From a bacterium (GTDB taxonomy: Bacteria > Zhuqueibacterota > Zhuqueibacteria > Oceanimicrobiales > Oceanimicrobiaceae), in contig JBBIIG010000029.1 of the NCBI GenBank assembly GCA_037446635.1, positions 1 to 56,460 on the forward strand: a stretch of 56,460 bases of DNA, given 5' to 3'. The first letter of the stretch is position 1. Each line of letters starts with the position of its first letter. This document shows positions 19,032 to 28,610 of the stretch, piece after piece. The notes under the pieces are model-generated. The model did no database searches. It had not been told where the DNA came from and saw only the letters and a list, made by a program, of their open reading frames with translations. A program made the translations under genes and the position numbers.

Positions 19032-19060
19032 AATATAAAGATTATTTAAATTCCAGTCAA
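19032..19060 (-). promoter_or_regulatory. Putative sigma70 promoter of the sigma factor gene
   Basis: TTGACT-N17-TATATT on the minus strand. Confidence 0.55.
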
Positions 19061-19339
19061 CTTTTTTGTATTTAACTATCGTCCCTGGTGTTGAACAACA
19101 TTAGCTTTCAAAAAAATCCTTCAGCAGTTTTATTTTCCCCACACTTGTTTGGGAGTGAAATCCTGTCGCAAAATTCGAAAAGGAAATTGAATTGCATTAG
19201 TCGTTGATTTTGTGGATGTGCGCTAAAAGCATGCGGGCATGACTATCAACCAAAATCGACTTTTTGGGCAGCCCCAAATGGGCGGAAGATTCTCTGAATT
19301 TAAAACAACCGTGCCTGAACCTGGTTGCGTGCTCTTTTT

Positions 19340-21856
19340 TTAAAAAAACTCCCGCATGGCGTTGAAAACTTCCGCGGACGGTCCCGCGACGATTTTACAC
19401 CGCGGCAGGGAGTTGAGAAAAATGCGGCCGTAGTTTTTGGTCACCACCCGTTTGTCTAAAATCAACACCGCGCCGCGATCGCTTTTGCGGCGGATGAGCC
19501 GTCCAAACCCCTGGCGAAATTTGATGGCGGCCAGCGGCAGCGCAAACTCCAAAAAAGCATTGCCGCCGCGGCGTTCAATCGCCTCTACCCGCGCCTCGAC
19601 GACGGGTTCGCTGGGCACTTTGAACGGCAGCTTGGTGATAATCACCAGCTCCAGCGCCTCGCCGTGCACATCCACTCCCTCCCAAAAACTGTCGGTGGCA
19701 AACAGCACCGACGACACATCGTTCTTAAACCGCTCCAGCAAGCGGTGGCGATTCTCCTCTCCCTGGCGATAAACGTTGTAGCCCAATTTTTCGATTTCAG
19801 GTTTGAGGCGATGGTGCAGCAGGTTCAGCAAGCCGTAGGCGGTGAACAGCACGAAGGCGCGGCCGCGGCTGATTTCGATGGCGGGCAAAATCAACCGCTG
19901 CAGTTCATCCACAAATTGCGATTGTTTAGGATCGGCGATATCGGTGGGGACGGCTACCAGAGTTTGGCGCTCATAATCGAAGGGCGCCGGCAGCGCCTGT
20001 TCGATGATTTGCTGCGGTTTGAGCCGGTCGAGGCCCAGGCGATTTTTCAGAAAATCAAAGCGCTGCTCCACGGTAAGCGTGGCGGAGGTCATCACCACGT
20101 TTTTGAATTTGGAATAAACCTGCTCTTTCAAAATTCCCGCCACCTCCAATGGCGCCGAGCGCAGCCGCACCACCTTCGATTGCTTATAACCCTCGCGCGC
20201 TTCAATCCAGCGGATGTTCGCGTCGTCTTTCACCAGCAAAATCTGCTCGATGGTGTTGGCGGCAGCGTCGAGGCGGTCGCACTGCGCCTGCAGATCGATG
20301 GTGAGCGAAACGGTTTTGGGGCCGAGTTTGTGCTGCAGGGCTTCCACTTCTGGCAAGAACGTATTCATGCGGCTGGTAAACCGCCGCAGCTCCTGCACTA
20401 ATTTTCTGACTCGAATCAGCGTCTCGTTTCGCCACTGCGGCTGAGCGGTGAAGGCCGTGGTCAATCGTTGTTTGATCTCGCCGAAGTCGCTTTCCGCCTG
20501 GCGCAGAAGCGTAAAATAGATTTGCTCAAAAGTTTCGGTCAGCAAAAAATTCAAGCTTTCGACGCCGCGAATCGCCTCTTCTTGAATGAATTTTTGGGAA
20601 GCGAGGAATTTCTCGTGGGGCAAACCACCGGCGAATTTCGTCAGCTTGCTGGAGAGAAACGTGAGCAAGCCTTTTTCCTCATCGCCTTTTTTGCGATAGA
20701 GACGATGCAGCGCGCGCTGCAGCCCGGTGTAGGTGACGGCGTCGCCGAAATAGTTGGTGGCGGCGTCTTCGACGTGGTGGGCTTCATCGAAAATGATGCG
20801 GTCGTAAGTTGGCAGCACGGCGTTTTCCGACGCGCCGAACGTCGCGCGCAGCGCCAAATCCGAAAACAAAAGATGGTGATTGGCCACTAAAATATCCGCG
20901 CTGGCGGCCTGGCGCCGGGCGGTGTAAAAAAAACATTCGTTGTAAAATGGGCAGCGGACTTTGAGCGAGGTGTCGCTCTCCGATTGAATTTTTTCCCAAA
21001 CCTCGGCGCGCGGTTCGATGTTGAAATCGGATTTGCTGCCATCCTGGGTGGACTTCGACCAGGCGATGATCGCCTGCAGCTCGCTGCGTTCGCTTTCCTC
21101 GGAAAAAAGATCGAGCCCTCCTTCGGCCTCGGCTAACTTGCGTTTGCAGGCGTAATTGGTGCGCCCTTTCACCAGCACCGCGCGAAACTTTTTCTCGAAA
21201 ATCGACGCCAGAAACGGCAGGTCTTTGTGAATCAACTGTTCCTGCAAATTGATGGTGTTGGTGGACACCACCACGCGCTCCTGATTTTGCAGCGCATGTT
21301 GAATGGCCGGCAGCAGGTAGGCCAAAGTTTTGCCGGTGCCGGTGCCGGCTTCCACCACCGCAATTTTATTTTGATTGATGGCGCGGCTCACGGTTTCGAT
21401 CATCTGAATTTGCTGCGGGCGGAATTCGTAGTTTTCCAACTTTTTTGAAATGGGTCCGCCTGCGGCGATGATCGCAATCAAACGCTGTGCGTCGATGGCA
21501 GTTTTCTTTTTCTCGGTGAACGGCTCCACCACCACAAAGATCTCGGAAACCGGGTTGTTGACGATGTAAAATCCCACGCCGTCGTTGCCGAGAAGGGAGG
21601 CCACGTGGATATCCGGCTCTGAGGGCCGCAGCGTTCCGGTGGGGTGATTGTGAATGACTACGTCCCCCGGGCGCGCCACTTGTAAAAGCGCCGGCGCCGA
21701 CGTTTCGTTGCCGCGGGCGAACACTTCCACTGCCGCCACTAAACGATCTTCGTTTACCTTACCCAAAAGAAAAACTTCGTTGCCGCCGGCCTCAATGATG
21801 TGCCGGCGAAGGGCTTCCACCGCATCAATGGATAAATATTTTTCTATCTTGTTCAT
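19340..21856 (-). CDS. DinG/YoaA-family helicase with N-terminal JAB/MPN-like domain
   Basis: N-terminal NEVF...HNHPTGTLRPSEPD; RPQQ, EAGTGTGKT, FDEAHH, TSATL, SFWEGVD, QGFGRLIR. Confidence 0.9.
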   Translation of the reverse strand: MNKIEKYLSIDAVEALRRHIIEAGGNEVFLLGKVNEDRLVAAVEVFARGNETSAPALLQVARPGDVVIHNHPTGTLRPSEPDIHVASLLGNDGVGFYIVNNPVSEIFVVVEPFTEKKKTAIDAQRLIAIIAAGGPISKKLENYEFRPQQIQMIETVSRAINQNKIAVVEAGTGTGKTLAYLLPAIQHALQNQERVVVSTNTINLQEQLIHKDLPFLASIFEKKFRAVLVKGRTNYACKRKLAEAEGGLDLFSEESERSELQAIIAWSKSTQDGSKSDFNIEPRAEVWEKIQSESDTSLKVRCPFYNECFFYTARRQAASADILVANHHLLFSDLALRATFGASENAVLPTYDRIIFDEAHHVEDAATNYFGDAVTYTGLQRALHRLYRKKGDEEKGLLTFLSSKLTKFAGGLPHEKFLASQKFIQEEAIRGVESLNFLLTETFEQIYFTLLRQAESDFGEIKQRLTTAFTAQPQWRNETLIRVRKLVQELRRFTSRMNTFLPEVEALQHKLGPKTVSLTIDLQAQCDRLDAAANTIEQILLVKDDANIRWIEAREGYKQSKVVRLRSAPLEVAGILKEQVYSKFKNVVMTSATLTVEQRFDFLKNRLGLDRLKPQQIIEQALPAPFDYERQTLVAVPTDIADPKQSQFVDELQRLILPAIEISRGRAFVLFTAYGLLNLLHHRLKPEIEKLGYNVYRQGEENRHRLLERFKNDVSSVLFATDSFWEGVDVHGEALELVIITKLPFKVPSEPVVEARVEAIERRGGNAFLEFALPLAAIKFRQGFGRLIRRKSDRGAVLILDKRVVTKNYGRIFLNSLPRCKIVAGPSAEVFNAMREFF

Positions 21857-21869
21857 AAACACCGTAGGT

Positions 21870-21896
21870 GTAGGCCGACCAGACTGGTCGGCCTAC
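21870..21896. repeat. GTAG-type REP palindrome
   Basis: GTAGGCCGACCAG-A-CTGGTCGGCCTAC, perfect 13-bp inverted repeat. Confidence 0.75.
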
Positions 21897-21917
21897 GTAC
21901 GCGACTCACCCCGATCA

Positions 21918-22155
21918 ATTCCCCCTTTCAAAGGGGTTAGGGGTTGTGCTTTGAAATGCAAATTTCAAAATACAAAATGAAAAATGCAAATAACATTTTG
22001 AGTTTTGCATTCCGCATTTTTCAGGTTTCACTTCTTCTCTGCGCAACTCCCGGACAACCCCCTTCCGCGAAGCGGATCCGCTTTGGCGGAAAATCCCCCT
22101 TTTTTCAAAGGGGGACTTTCTTTTCCCCCTTTCTTAAAGGGGTCAGGGGGATTTC
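21918..22155. repeat. Cluster of CCCCCTTT...AAAGGGGG palindromic repeats with embedded AAAATGC/GCATTTT short repeats
   Basis: Several ccccctt..aaggggg hairpins, ggggttaggggttgtgct, ccggacaacccc and gcgaagcggatccgctttggcgg; related units at 26040-26150, 37830-38045 and 39668-39749. Confidence 0.75.
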
Positions 22156-22157
22156 CT

Positions 22158-22346
22158 GCTCTCCTCCACGATTTTGATTTCCTCCTCCGTCAGCTCGTAC
22201 AGCTCATAAACCAGCCGGTCGATTTGGTGGTCGGTGGCGGCGATTTGGCGCTCCAGCCGGGTGAGGGTCTCGCCGGTTTGGATGGCGGCTTTTTGTTGGT
22301 GCAATTGTAACATGCGCTCCACCAGCGCGACCATCTGGTCGTGGCG
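22158..22346 (-). pseudogene. Duplicated 3' fragment of the type IIG restriction-modification gene (189-bp direct repeat of 23003-23191)
   Basis: Encodes RHDQMVALVERMLQLHQQKAA...ELTEEEIKIVEES, nearly identical to the C-terminus of 22994..26038. Confidence 0.9.
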
Positions 22347-22428
22347 AACTGAATGAGGTATTGCTTGCATTTTTAACTCTGATTTTCTACTTTGTTTTAA
22401 AAAAACACAAGGCGCCAGAGAGACCCAA

Positions 22429-22689
22429 ATGCCAGAAGTGAGTAGATTCTTTGGGATAATAATCAGAATGTTTTATGATGAGCATCCGCCGACACATTTT
22501 CACGCTGAGTATCATGGAAGCAAGGCGGTGTTTGATTTGTCTGGGAACGTGATGAAAGGGAACTTAAAGTCGAGAACGGCGACGAAGCTGGTGAGGGAAT
22601 GGCTTGATCTTCACGTTTCCGAAATTGAAGAAAACTGGGAGTTGGCCAGAAAAGGAAAAGATCTGAAAAAAATTGAACCACTTGAATGA
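22429..22689 (+). CDS. DUF4160-family protein (putative toxin-antitoxin component)
   Basis: MPEVSRFFGIIIRMFYDEHPPTHFHAEY...V.EW...H..E..ENW signature. Confidence 0.85.
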   Translation: MPEVSRFFGIIIRMFYDEHPPTHFHAEYHGSKAVFDLSGNVMKGNLKSRTATKLVREWLDLHVSEIEENWELARKGKDLKKIEPLE

Positions 22690-22699
22690 GGATAAAGAT

Positions 22700-22960
22700 A
22701 TGTGGGACATGAATGACGTTACTAAAATAGAATATAAGGATGGGTATGTTTACCACATTGTTTTTGATGATGGCTCATACGGTGATGTTGACTTTTCGGA
22801 ATACCTCGGCAGGGGGCCGGTATTTGAACCGCTGAGAGATCTCGAGTTCTTTAAAAAGGCAAAGATTGAGGGTGGAACAATTTGTTGGCCTAATGGAGTG
22901 GACATCGCGCCGGAAACGTTGTATGAAAAAATAAGTTGTCTCAAAAGTATTGACACATAG
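22700..22960 (+). CDS. DUF2442-family protein (putative antitoxin partner)
   Basis: FDDG...VDF...GPVFEPLRD..FF...GTICWPNGVDIAPETLY signature; GAGG RBS before ATG 22700. Confidence 0.85.
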   Translation: MWDMNDVTKIEYKDGYVYHIVFDDGSYGDVDFSEYLGRGPVFEPLRDLEFFKKAKIEGGTICWPNGVDIAPETLYEKISCLKSIDT

Positions 22961-22993
22961 TGGGCTGGCAACTACTCACCATTTCAACTATGA

Positions 22994-25900
22994 TTACTTC
23001 GTGCTCTCCTCAACGATTTTGATTTCCTCCTCCTTCAGTTCGTACAACTCGTAAACGAGGCGGTCGATTTGGTGGTCGGTGGCGGCGATTTGGCGCTCCT
23101 GCAGGGTGAGGGTTTCGCCGGTTTGGGCCGCGGCTTTTTGTTGGTGCAATTTTAACATACGCTCCACCAGCGCGACTATCTGATCGTGGCGGGCTTTGTC
23201 TTTGGGATTGGAGAAATCGATTCTGCGAATTGGAAGCTGCTCAAGAATTGTTGGCTTGACTTGGGCTAAAACTCGTCCCTTCTCTATAGCTAAAAGTCTA
23301 TAAACAAAAACGAATAGACTTGAGTTAAGAATACCCATCAAATAGTAGGGATTCACAGAACTCTTGAGTCCAAATAAATACAACCCATCAGTAGCAAACG
23401 TCTGCATCTCATCCATGGCAACAGTAATTTTGTCACCAGTGATTACGCCTACCAGCTTTTTGTTTTTTGTGAATATCCTTTCTTCTCTCGGACGATGCAG
23501 AGAATACAATGGGTGCTTCTTTTGGCGGACTTCACTGCAAGTAATTTCATTCTTGAATTGATCAATATAACCACAGATGTTAGGCAGCTCCCGAAAGTTA
23601 TCATCTCGTCTTGTGTAAATTAGCCACAGATCAGGATACTCAATGAAGTAACGTTTTACTTGTTTTCCTCCAGTGAGTACTTCTCGTAGCTTTGATTTTT
23701 CCAGATCATATTTTCTGACGGTTTCACTTTCAACAATGAATGCCTTTTGTAAGTCCGGGCTAACGCCTCGTTGAATTCCATCATCGTCAACAAGATTCTC
23801 TAAACGTTGATGAGGCACTTTATTTACCCTGTTCCAAATGAGATACCTATCTATCTGCGATGTCACGAAAAGCGCGCCGGGAATTTCTAACAATTCTTTC
23901 TGTTTAATTTGCTCATAGTATTTTTCATCAAATAGTGCAGTTCTCTTTTCGATTTTTTCGAATTGAGAAAAATCAGAGATCCTAATTGAATTCTCGTTAA
24001 AAGAAACATTTTCGAAAACTAAAATTGAAGTTGGGCGAGTCACTTTTTCAAAAACGTTTCCCATGTTAAAGACGGAATTGATTTTATAGTTCATCAACAA
24101 ATGACGGCGAAGCTTCTCATTGTCTATTTGATACAAAATCACATCTGGAAGAATCATTCCGAAGTAACCGGCGGCCTTGAGCTTTTCACTCATTTGAAAA
24201 ACAAAATACATGAATGAGTCGATCATTCTAACAATGATGGGTCGATTCCTTTTTCTGAGGTATTCGAGTTCATCCTCGCGAAAGTCGGCTCCCCACGGCG
24301 GATTCCCAATCACCGCATCAAACCCGCCCGCTGCCATGATCTCCGCAAACTCCCGCTGCCAGTCAAACGCGTTGATGCGATACATTTCATCTTCACTCAG
24401 CAAATTGAGCTGTTGGCCGTCGTAAAAATCCGGGCCAATGAGCGAGTTGCCGCATTTGATGTTGCCGCCCAACTCCGGCAGCACGCGCTCGTGAAAAAAC
24501 GCCAACTGCCGCGAGATGCTCTGCTCGTCCTCGCCTTCCAACACTTTCAGCAGCAGCGAAAGCTTGGTCACCTCCACCGCCTGCGGGTCGATGTCCACGC
24601 CGTAAATGTTCCTGAGCAAAATGCGCTTGCGCTCGTCGCTGGTCACCCGCCATTCGCCGTGATCGTTTTTATAAATGCGCGGGCTACGGCCGGCTGCCCA
24701 TTTTTCCGCGCCGTCCGACAAATAGGCGTCGAGGTGCCAGTCCAGCAGAAACTGGTACGCGCCCAACAGAAACGAACCGGAGCCACAAGCAGGATCGAGA
24801 ATGCGGAGCTGGCTGACTCCGCCCCGAGGCCCGGGCTTTTTGCCCTCCACCAGTTTGCCAACGGTTTGCCGCACAATGTAATCGACGATGTAAGTCGGGG
24901 TGTAATAAACGCCGCCGGCTTTGCGCACCTCGGGCTTGTCCTCCACCACGGCACGGTGCCCGGCAGTGAGGCGAATCACTTTGCCGAGGAAACGCTCGTA
25001 AACCTGCCCGAGGATGTCGGCGGGCAGCACGGAAAATTCGTACGGGCTGTCGGGATAGTAGAGGCTTTTGATGATGACCTTCAGTACCTCGTCATCGATG
25101 GTGAGATCCGGCGTGAGGTTGTCGATGCTGTCGCCGGGGCGATCCTTTTCTGGCTGAAAATGGAAGAGGCCGGAGTTGAAGCGCTCGTCGGCGCGATAGA
25201 ACATTTCCACGAGGCGCGGGTAAACGCGGGCGCCGTTTTGCAGGGCGCGCAGGGTTTCATACTGCTCGATGCCGCGGTCTTCGCAAATGCGCAGAAAGAC
25301 GATGCGGTCGATGGTGCGCTGCACCGCAAAGTTGAGATCGCGCTGGCTGAGGTGAGGATTGCGCAGGGCGAGGTTACGGGCGAGGCTTTCGCGCCAGTAT
25401 TCGATTTCTTCGAGGAAGGCTTCGTCCACTTCGGCGGCGCCGCGCTTGCCCTTTTTGGCTTCCACGAATTTGTCGAACGAGCCCTTCATGATGGCGTCGG
25501 GCGAGAAGATGCTGGCGAGCTCGTCCCAGCGCTCGGCGTAGTCGCGGAAGGTGAGGTAGAGGATGCGGGCCGCGGCGGCTTTGTCGGTTTGCACCGGTTT
25601 GATGCGGCAGTCGTACACGGCGAATTCTTCGAAATCGGTGAGAATGCTGACGGGCAGCTTGGCGCTCCACGCGTAGCGGCGCAACTGGTAGGCCGGGTGA
25701 ATTTCCTCTTTGATGAAAACCGACGGCTTCTTGGCTTCGAGGAAGAACTTGCGCACGCCGCCGATGCGGAAGGAGTAGTCGGGCGCTTTGGTGGCGTGCC
25801 CCACTTTTATCGCGTCCTCGTGCACGACCTCTTTGTAGGCCTCGGCGTAGCCTTTGGCGTTGTCGATGTCCCAGCCCAGCGCTTTGAAAAACGGATCAAT

Positions 25901-26038
25901 GAACTCGCGACGGACTTGGGCTTCGTTGTAGCGCCCGGCTTTGTATTCCTCGAGGTTGCGCTCGAAGCGGGCAATGAGGTCAGAGATGGTGGTTTGGTTT
26001 TTCATGATGTTTCCGATGGTGTTGGGTTTTATTCCCAC
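22994..26038 (-). CDS. Type IIG restriction-modification enzyme (fused endonuclease, N6-adenine methyltransferase and target-recognition domain)
   Basis: N-terminal PDY...EAKK nuclease motif; GVYYTP, ILDPACGSGSFL, YGVDID, GNSL and FDAVIGNPPW; alternative start ATG 26005. Confidence 0.92.
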   Translation of the reverse strand: MGIKPNTIGNIMKNQTTISDLIARFERNLEEYKAGRYNEAQVRREFIDPFFKALGWDIDNAKGYAEAYKEVVHEDAIKVGHATKAPDYSFRIGGVRKFFLEAKKPSVFIKEEIHPAYQLRRYAWSAKLPVSILTDFEEFAVYDCRIKPVQTDKAAAARILYLTFRDYAERWDELASIFSPDAIMKGSFDKFVEAKKGKRGAAEVDEAFLEEIEYWRESLARNLALRNPHLSQRDLNFAVQRTIDRIVFLRICEDRGIEQYETLRALQNGARVYPRLVEMFYRADERFNSGLFHFQPEKDRPGDSIDNLTPDLTIDDEVLKVIIKSLYYPDSPYEFSVLPADILGQVYERFLGKVIRLTAGHRAVVEDKPEVRKAGGVYYTPTYIVDYIVRQTVGKLVEGKKPGPRGGVSQLRILDPACGSGSFLLGAYQFLLDWHLDAYLSDGAEKWAAGRSPRIYKNDHGEWRVTSDERKRILLRNIYGVDIDPQAVEVTKLSLLLKVLEGEDEQSISRQLAFFHERVLPELGGNIKCGNSLIGPDFYDGQQLNLLSEDEMYRINAFDWQREFAEIMAAGGFDAVIGNPPWGADFREDELEYLRKRNRPIIVRMIDSFMYFVFQMSEKLKAAGYFGMILPDVILYQIDNEKLRRHLLMNYKINSVFNMGNVFEKVTRPTSILVFENVSFNENSIRISDFSQFEKIEKRTALFDEKYYEQIKQKELLEIPGALFVTSQIDRYLIWNRVNKVPHQRLENLVDDDGIQRGVSPDLQKAFIVESETVRKYDLEKSKLREVLTGGKQVKRYFIEYPDLWLIYTRRDDNFRELPNICGYIDQFKNEITCSEVRQKKHPLYSLHRPREERIFTKNKKLVGVITGDKITVAMDEMQTFATDGLYLFGLKSSVNPYYLMGILNSSLFVFVYRLLAIEKGRVLAQVKPTILEQLPIRRIDFSNPKDKARHDQIVALVERMLKLHQQKAAAQTGETLTLQERQIAATDHQIDRLVYELYELKEEEIKIVEESTK

Positions 26039-26039
26039 T

Positions 26040-26150
26040 TAAAAAAGGGGGTTAGGGGTTGTGCTATTTGTTGCCGCCACTGCCGGACAACCCCTGTGGT
26101 CCCCTTTTTTTAAGAGGACGATTTTGTATCCCCTTTGCTAATGGGACTTT
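26040..26150. repeat. Palindromic repeat cluster matching the one at 21918-22155
   Basis: ggggttaggggttgtgct and ccggacaacccc occur in the same order and orientation at both ends of the restriction-modification island. Confidence 0.7.
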
Positions 26151-26233
26151 GAAAGCGCCGGCGTTTTGAAAAACGGGTTTACATTAACCGTTCACAATTA
26201 TCAATTGTGAATTGCCAACTGCCAACTGATATT

Positions 26234-27928
26234 TCAATACCCTGCGGCCTGGCCATCCTTCCGCGACTCGGAGGCGCCGTAGTAAACTTTGTTCTGCCAG
26301 TCGTACATGATGCCCTGGTAGCCGCCGTAATTGCCGACATTGTAGCCGACTTTGTGTCCCATCTTTATAAGTTCGCGCACGCTTTCGTAGGGGATGCCGG
26401 TTTCCAAAAACACCTGGCCGCCGTCGGTCATCACTTCGCCGGTGGGTTCGGAGGAGCCTTCGTGCAAAATGCGCGGGGCGTCGCCGGCTTCCTGAATGTT
26501 CATTCCAAAGTCCACGATATTCACCACAATTTGCACGTGACCCTGCGGCTGGGTGGCGCCACCCATCACGCCGAAACTCATGAAGGGCTTGCCATCTTGG
26601 GTGATGAACGCCGGGATGATGGTGTGAAACGGACGCTTGTGGGGCGCATAGGTGTTCGGCTTACCCTCTTCGAGATCGAACAGCTCGCCGCGATCATGCA
26701 AGATGAATCCGAGTCCGTCCGGCGAAAGTCCGCTGCCCATGCCGCGGTAGTTGCTTTGAATCAGCGAAACCATGTTGCCTTCGGAATCCGCGGTGCAGAG
26801 ATAAATGGTGTCACCTGCCTGCGCCGGATTGCCGGCGTCATATCGCCGCGCGGCGCGATTGGGATTAATGAGCTTGCGGCGCTCCGCGGCGTATTCTTTA
26901 GAGATGAGCTGCTTCACGGGAATTTCGGTGAAAGCCGGATCGGCATAAAACTTCGCGCGATCTTCGAACGCTAATTTTTTCGCCTCCACAAAAAGATGAA
27001 TGTACTCGGCGCTGCCAAATCCCAGTGACTTGATGTCGTAGCCCTCGAGAATGTTCAGCATCTGCAGCGCCGCGATGCCCTGACCGTTCGGTGGCAGCTC
27101 CCACACGTCGTAACCGCGATAGTTGGTGGAGACCGGCTCCACCCACTCGGAGGTGTGATCCGCCAAATCTTGATATGACAGAAATCCGCCGACCCGTTTC
27201 ATGAACGCATCGATAGTGCGGGCAATTTCTCCTTTATAAAAAACATCGCGGCCGCCGCTGGCGAGTTTCTCCAACGTGTTGGCGAGATTAGGATTTTTGA
27301 AAATCTCGCCTTTCTGCGGTGCGCGCCCGTTGGGCATGAAGGTCTCTTTGAACCCCGGCCACTTTTCGAGAATCGGCACGCTGCGCTGCCAGTAGTATGC
27401 GATCAGCTCCGAGACCGGAAATCCTTCGCGGGCATATTTGATGGTCGGCGCGAGGATGGCTTTCATCGGCAGCTTGCCAAATTTTTTGTGCAGCTCGAAC
27501 CAGCCATCGACGCAGCCGGGGACGGTCACGGGCAGCGGGCCGTAACTGGGGACGCGCTTGTGTCCCTCTTTTTTGAAATGGTCGAGGGTGAGCGAATAGG
27601 GCGAGCGGCCGCTGGCGTTGAGTCCGTATAGCTTTTGCGTGTTGGCGTCCCACACCATCGCAAACAGGTCGCCGCCGATGCCGTTGCCGGTGGGTTCCAT
27701 CAGACCCAGCGCGGCGTTGGCGGCAATGGCCGCATCGATGGCGTTGCCGCCGGACTTCAAAATATCCAGCGCGATTTGTGTTGCCAGCGGCTGGCTGGTA
27801 GCGGCCATGCCGTGCTGGGCGATGACTTCCGAGCGGCTGGCAAAGTTGCGCCCGGTGATGCGGTCCTGGGCGTGGAGAGATGTGGAAAAAAGTAGAATTG
27901 AAAGTGAGAGGAATACAAATCGTTGCAT
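26234..27928 (-). CDS. ggt: Gamma-glutamyltransferase (secreted)
   Basis: Signal peptide; GGNAIDAA, GIGGDLF, ELPPNGQG, nucleophile DT at the processing site, KRPFHTIIP, GVMGG..QPQGH. Confidence 0.92.
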   Translation of the reverse strand: MQRFVFLSLSILLFSTSLHAQDRITGRNFASRSEVIAQHGMAATSQPLATQIALDILKSGGNAIDAAIAANAALGLMEPTGNGIGGDLFAMVWDANTQKLYGLNASGRSPYSLTLDHFKKEGHKRVPSYGPLPVTVPGCVDGWFELHKKFGKLPMKAILAPTIKYAREGFPVSELIAYYWQRSVPILEKWPGFKETFMPNGRAPQKGEIFKNPNLANTLEKLASGGRDVFYKGEIARTIDAFMKRVGGFLSYQDLADHTSEWVEPVSTNYRGYDVWELPPNGQGIAALQMLNILEGYDIKSLGFGSAEYIHLFVEAKKLAFEDRAKFYADPAFTEIPVKQLISKEYAAERRKLINPNRAARRYDAGNPAQAGDTIYLCTADSEGNMVSLIQSNYRGMGSGLSPDGLGFILHDRGELFDLEEGKPNTYAPHKRPFHTIIPAFITQDGKPFMSFGVMGGATQPQGHVQIVVNIVDFGMNIQEAGDAPRILHEGSSEPTGEVMTDGGQVFLETGIPYESVRELIKMGHKVGYNVGNYGGYQGIMYDWQNKVYYGASESRKDGQAAGY

Positions 27929-27958
27929 TGAAAACTCCTTTCAGGTTTGAGGAACACT

Positions 27959-28017
27959 AAGTGCCAGGCACCTTGAAAGTGCCTGGCACTTCTTACTTAA
28001 TGTGCCTGGCACTTCTT
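27959..28017. repeat. REP/REPIN palindrome downstream of the tyrosine transposase
   Basis: AAGTGCCAGGCAC-CTTGAAA-GTGCCTGGCACTT plus an extra GTGCCTGGCACTT half copy. Confidence 0.85.
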
Positions 28018-28019
28018 AG

Positions 28020-28598
28020 TCAGTCGAATAAATACTTGCTTAACCCCTCTTGAATTTTCTTTGGGGAAACGTATTCCAAAACAAATCGCTGGTAGTCGAT
28101 CGGGGATGGAAACCGGGATTGTACAAACGCCCGATCAACGAGCGCGCCATTTCTTTTGCCGATCCATTCTAAATAGTTCGAGAAGGCCCAACCTTCCAAA
28201 TTTGAGACCAACCCTGCTTCAAACGGATTGCGATGAATATAACGGCAAAGATGGATTAAGTAGTTTTCCTCGTCCACATGAAGACTTTTGTATTTTCCCT
28301 CGAAGAGAGTTCCTTTGCGGTTGTACATTTTATTGAATGCTTTCGAGTAGCTATTGAAAAGCGCTTGTATCAAATCACTGATAGGGATATCGCTATTCTG
28401 TCGGAGCAAAAAATGATAGTGATTGGGCATCAAGCAATAGGCAATGACGGTGACGAGATTGGGTTCAAAATATTTTCTTATCCGTCGCAACAAGAAGAGA
28501 TAATTCTCATTGGTTCTGAAAATGGCTTCTCGGTCGCATCCGCGGTTAAAGATGTGATAGTACCCACCGGGAAAGAATTGAACGTTTCTTTGCGACAT
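28020..28598 (-). mobile_element. REP-associated tyrosine transposase (RAYT, IS200-like Y1 HUH enzyme)
   Basis: YHIFNRG, YCLMPNHYHFLL (HUH), LFEGKYK, catalytic RYIHRNP; flanked on both sides by the same palindromes. Confidence 0.88.
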
Positions 28599-28610
28599 GG
28601 CGTTTCCCCT

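Noticed and set aside
22143..22370. 75-aa ORF as an independent gene
   Set aside because: It is the duplicated 3' end of the restriction-modification gene with a fortuitous start, and it ends in repeat DNA
24413..26113. 566-aa plus-strand ORF, and similar long antisense ORFs such as 7138..8094, 51877..52704 and 42130..42984
   Set aside because: Shadow frames opposite GC-rich, motif-bearing genes, with no recognisable motifs of their own
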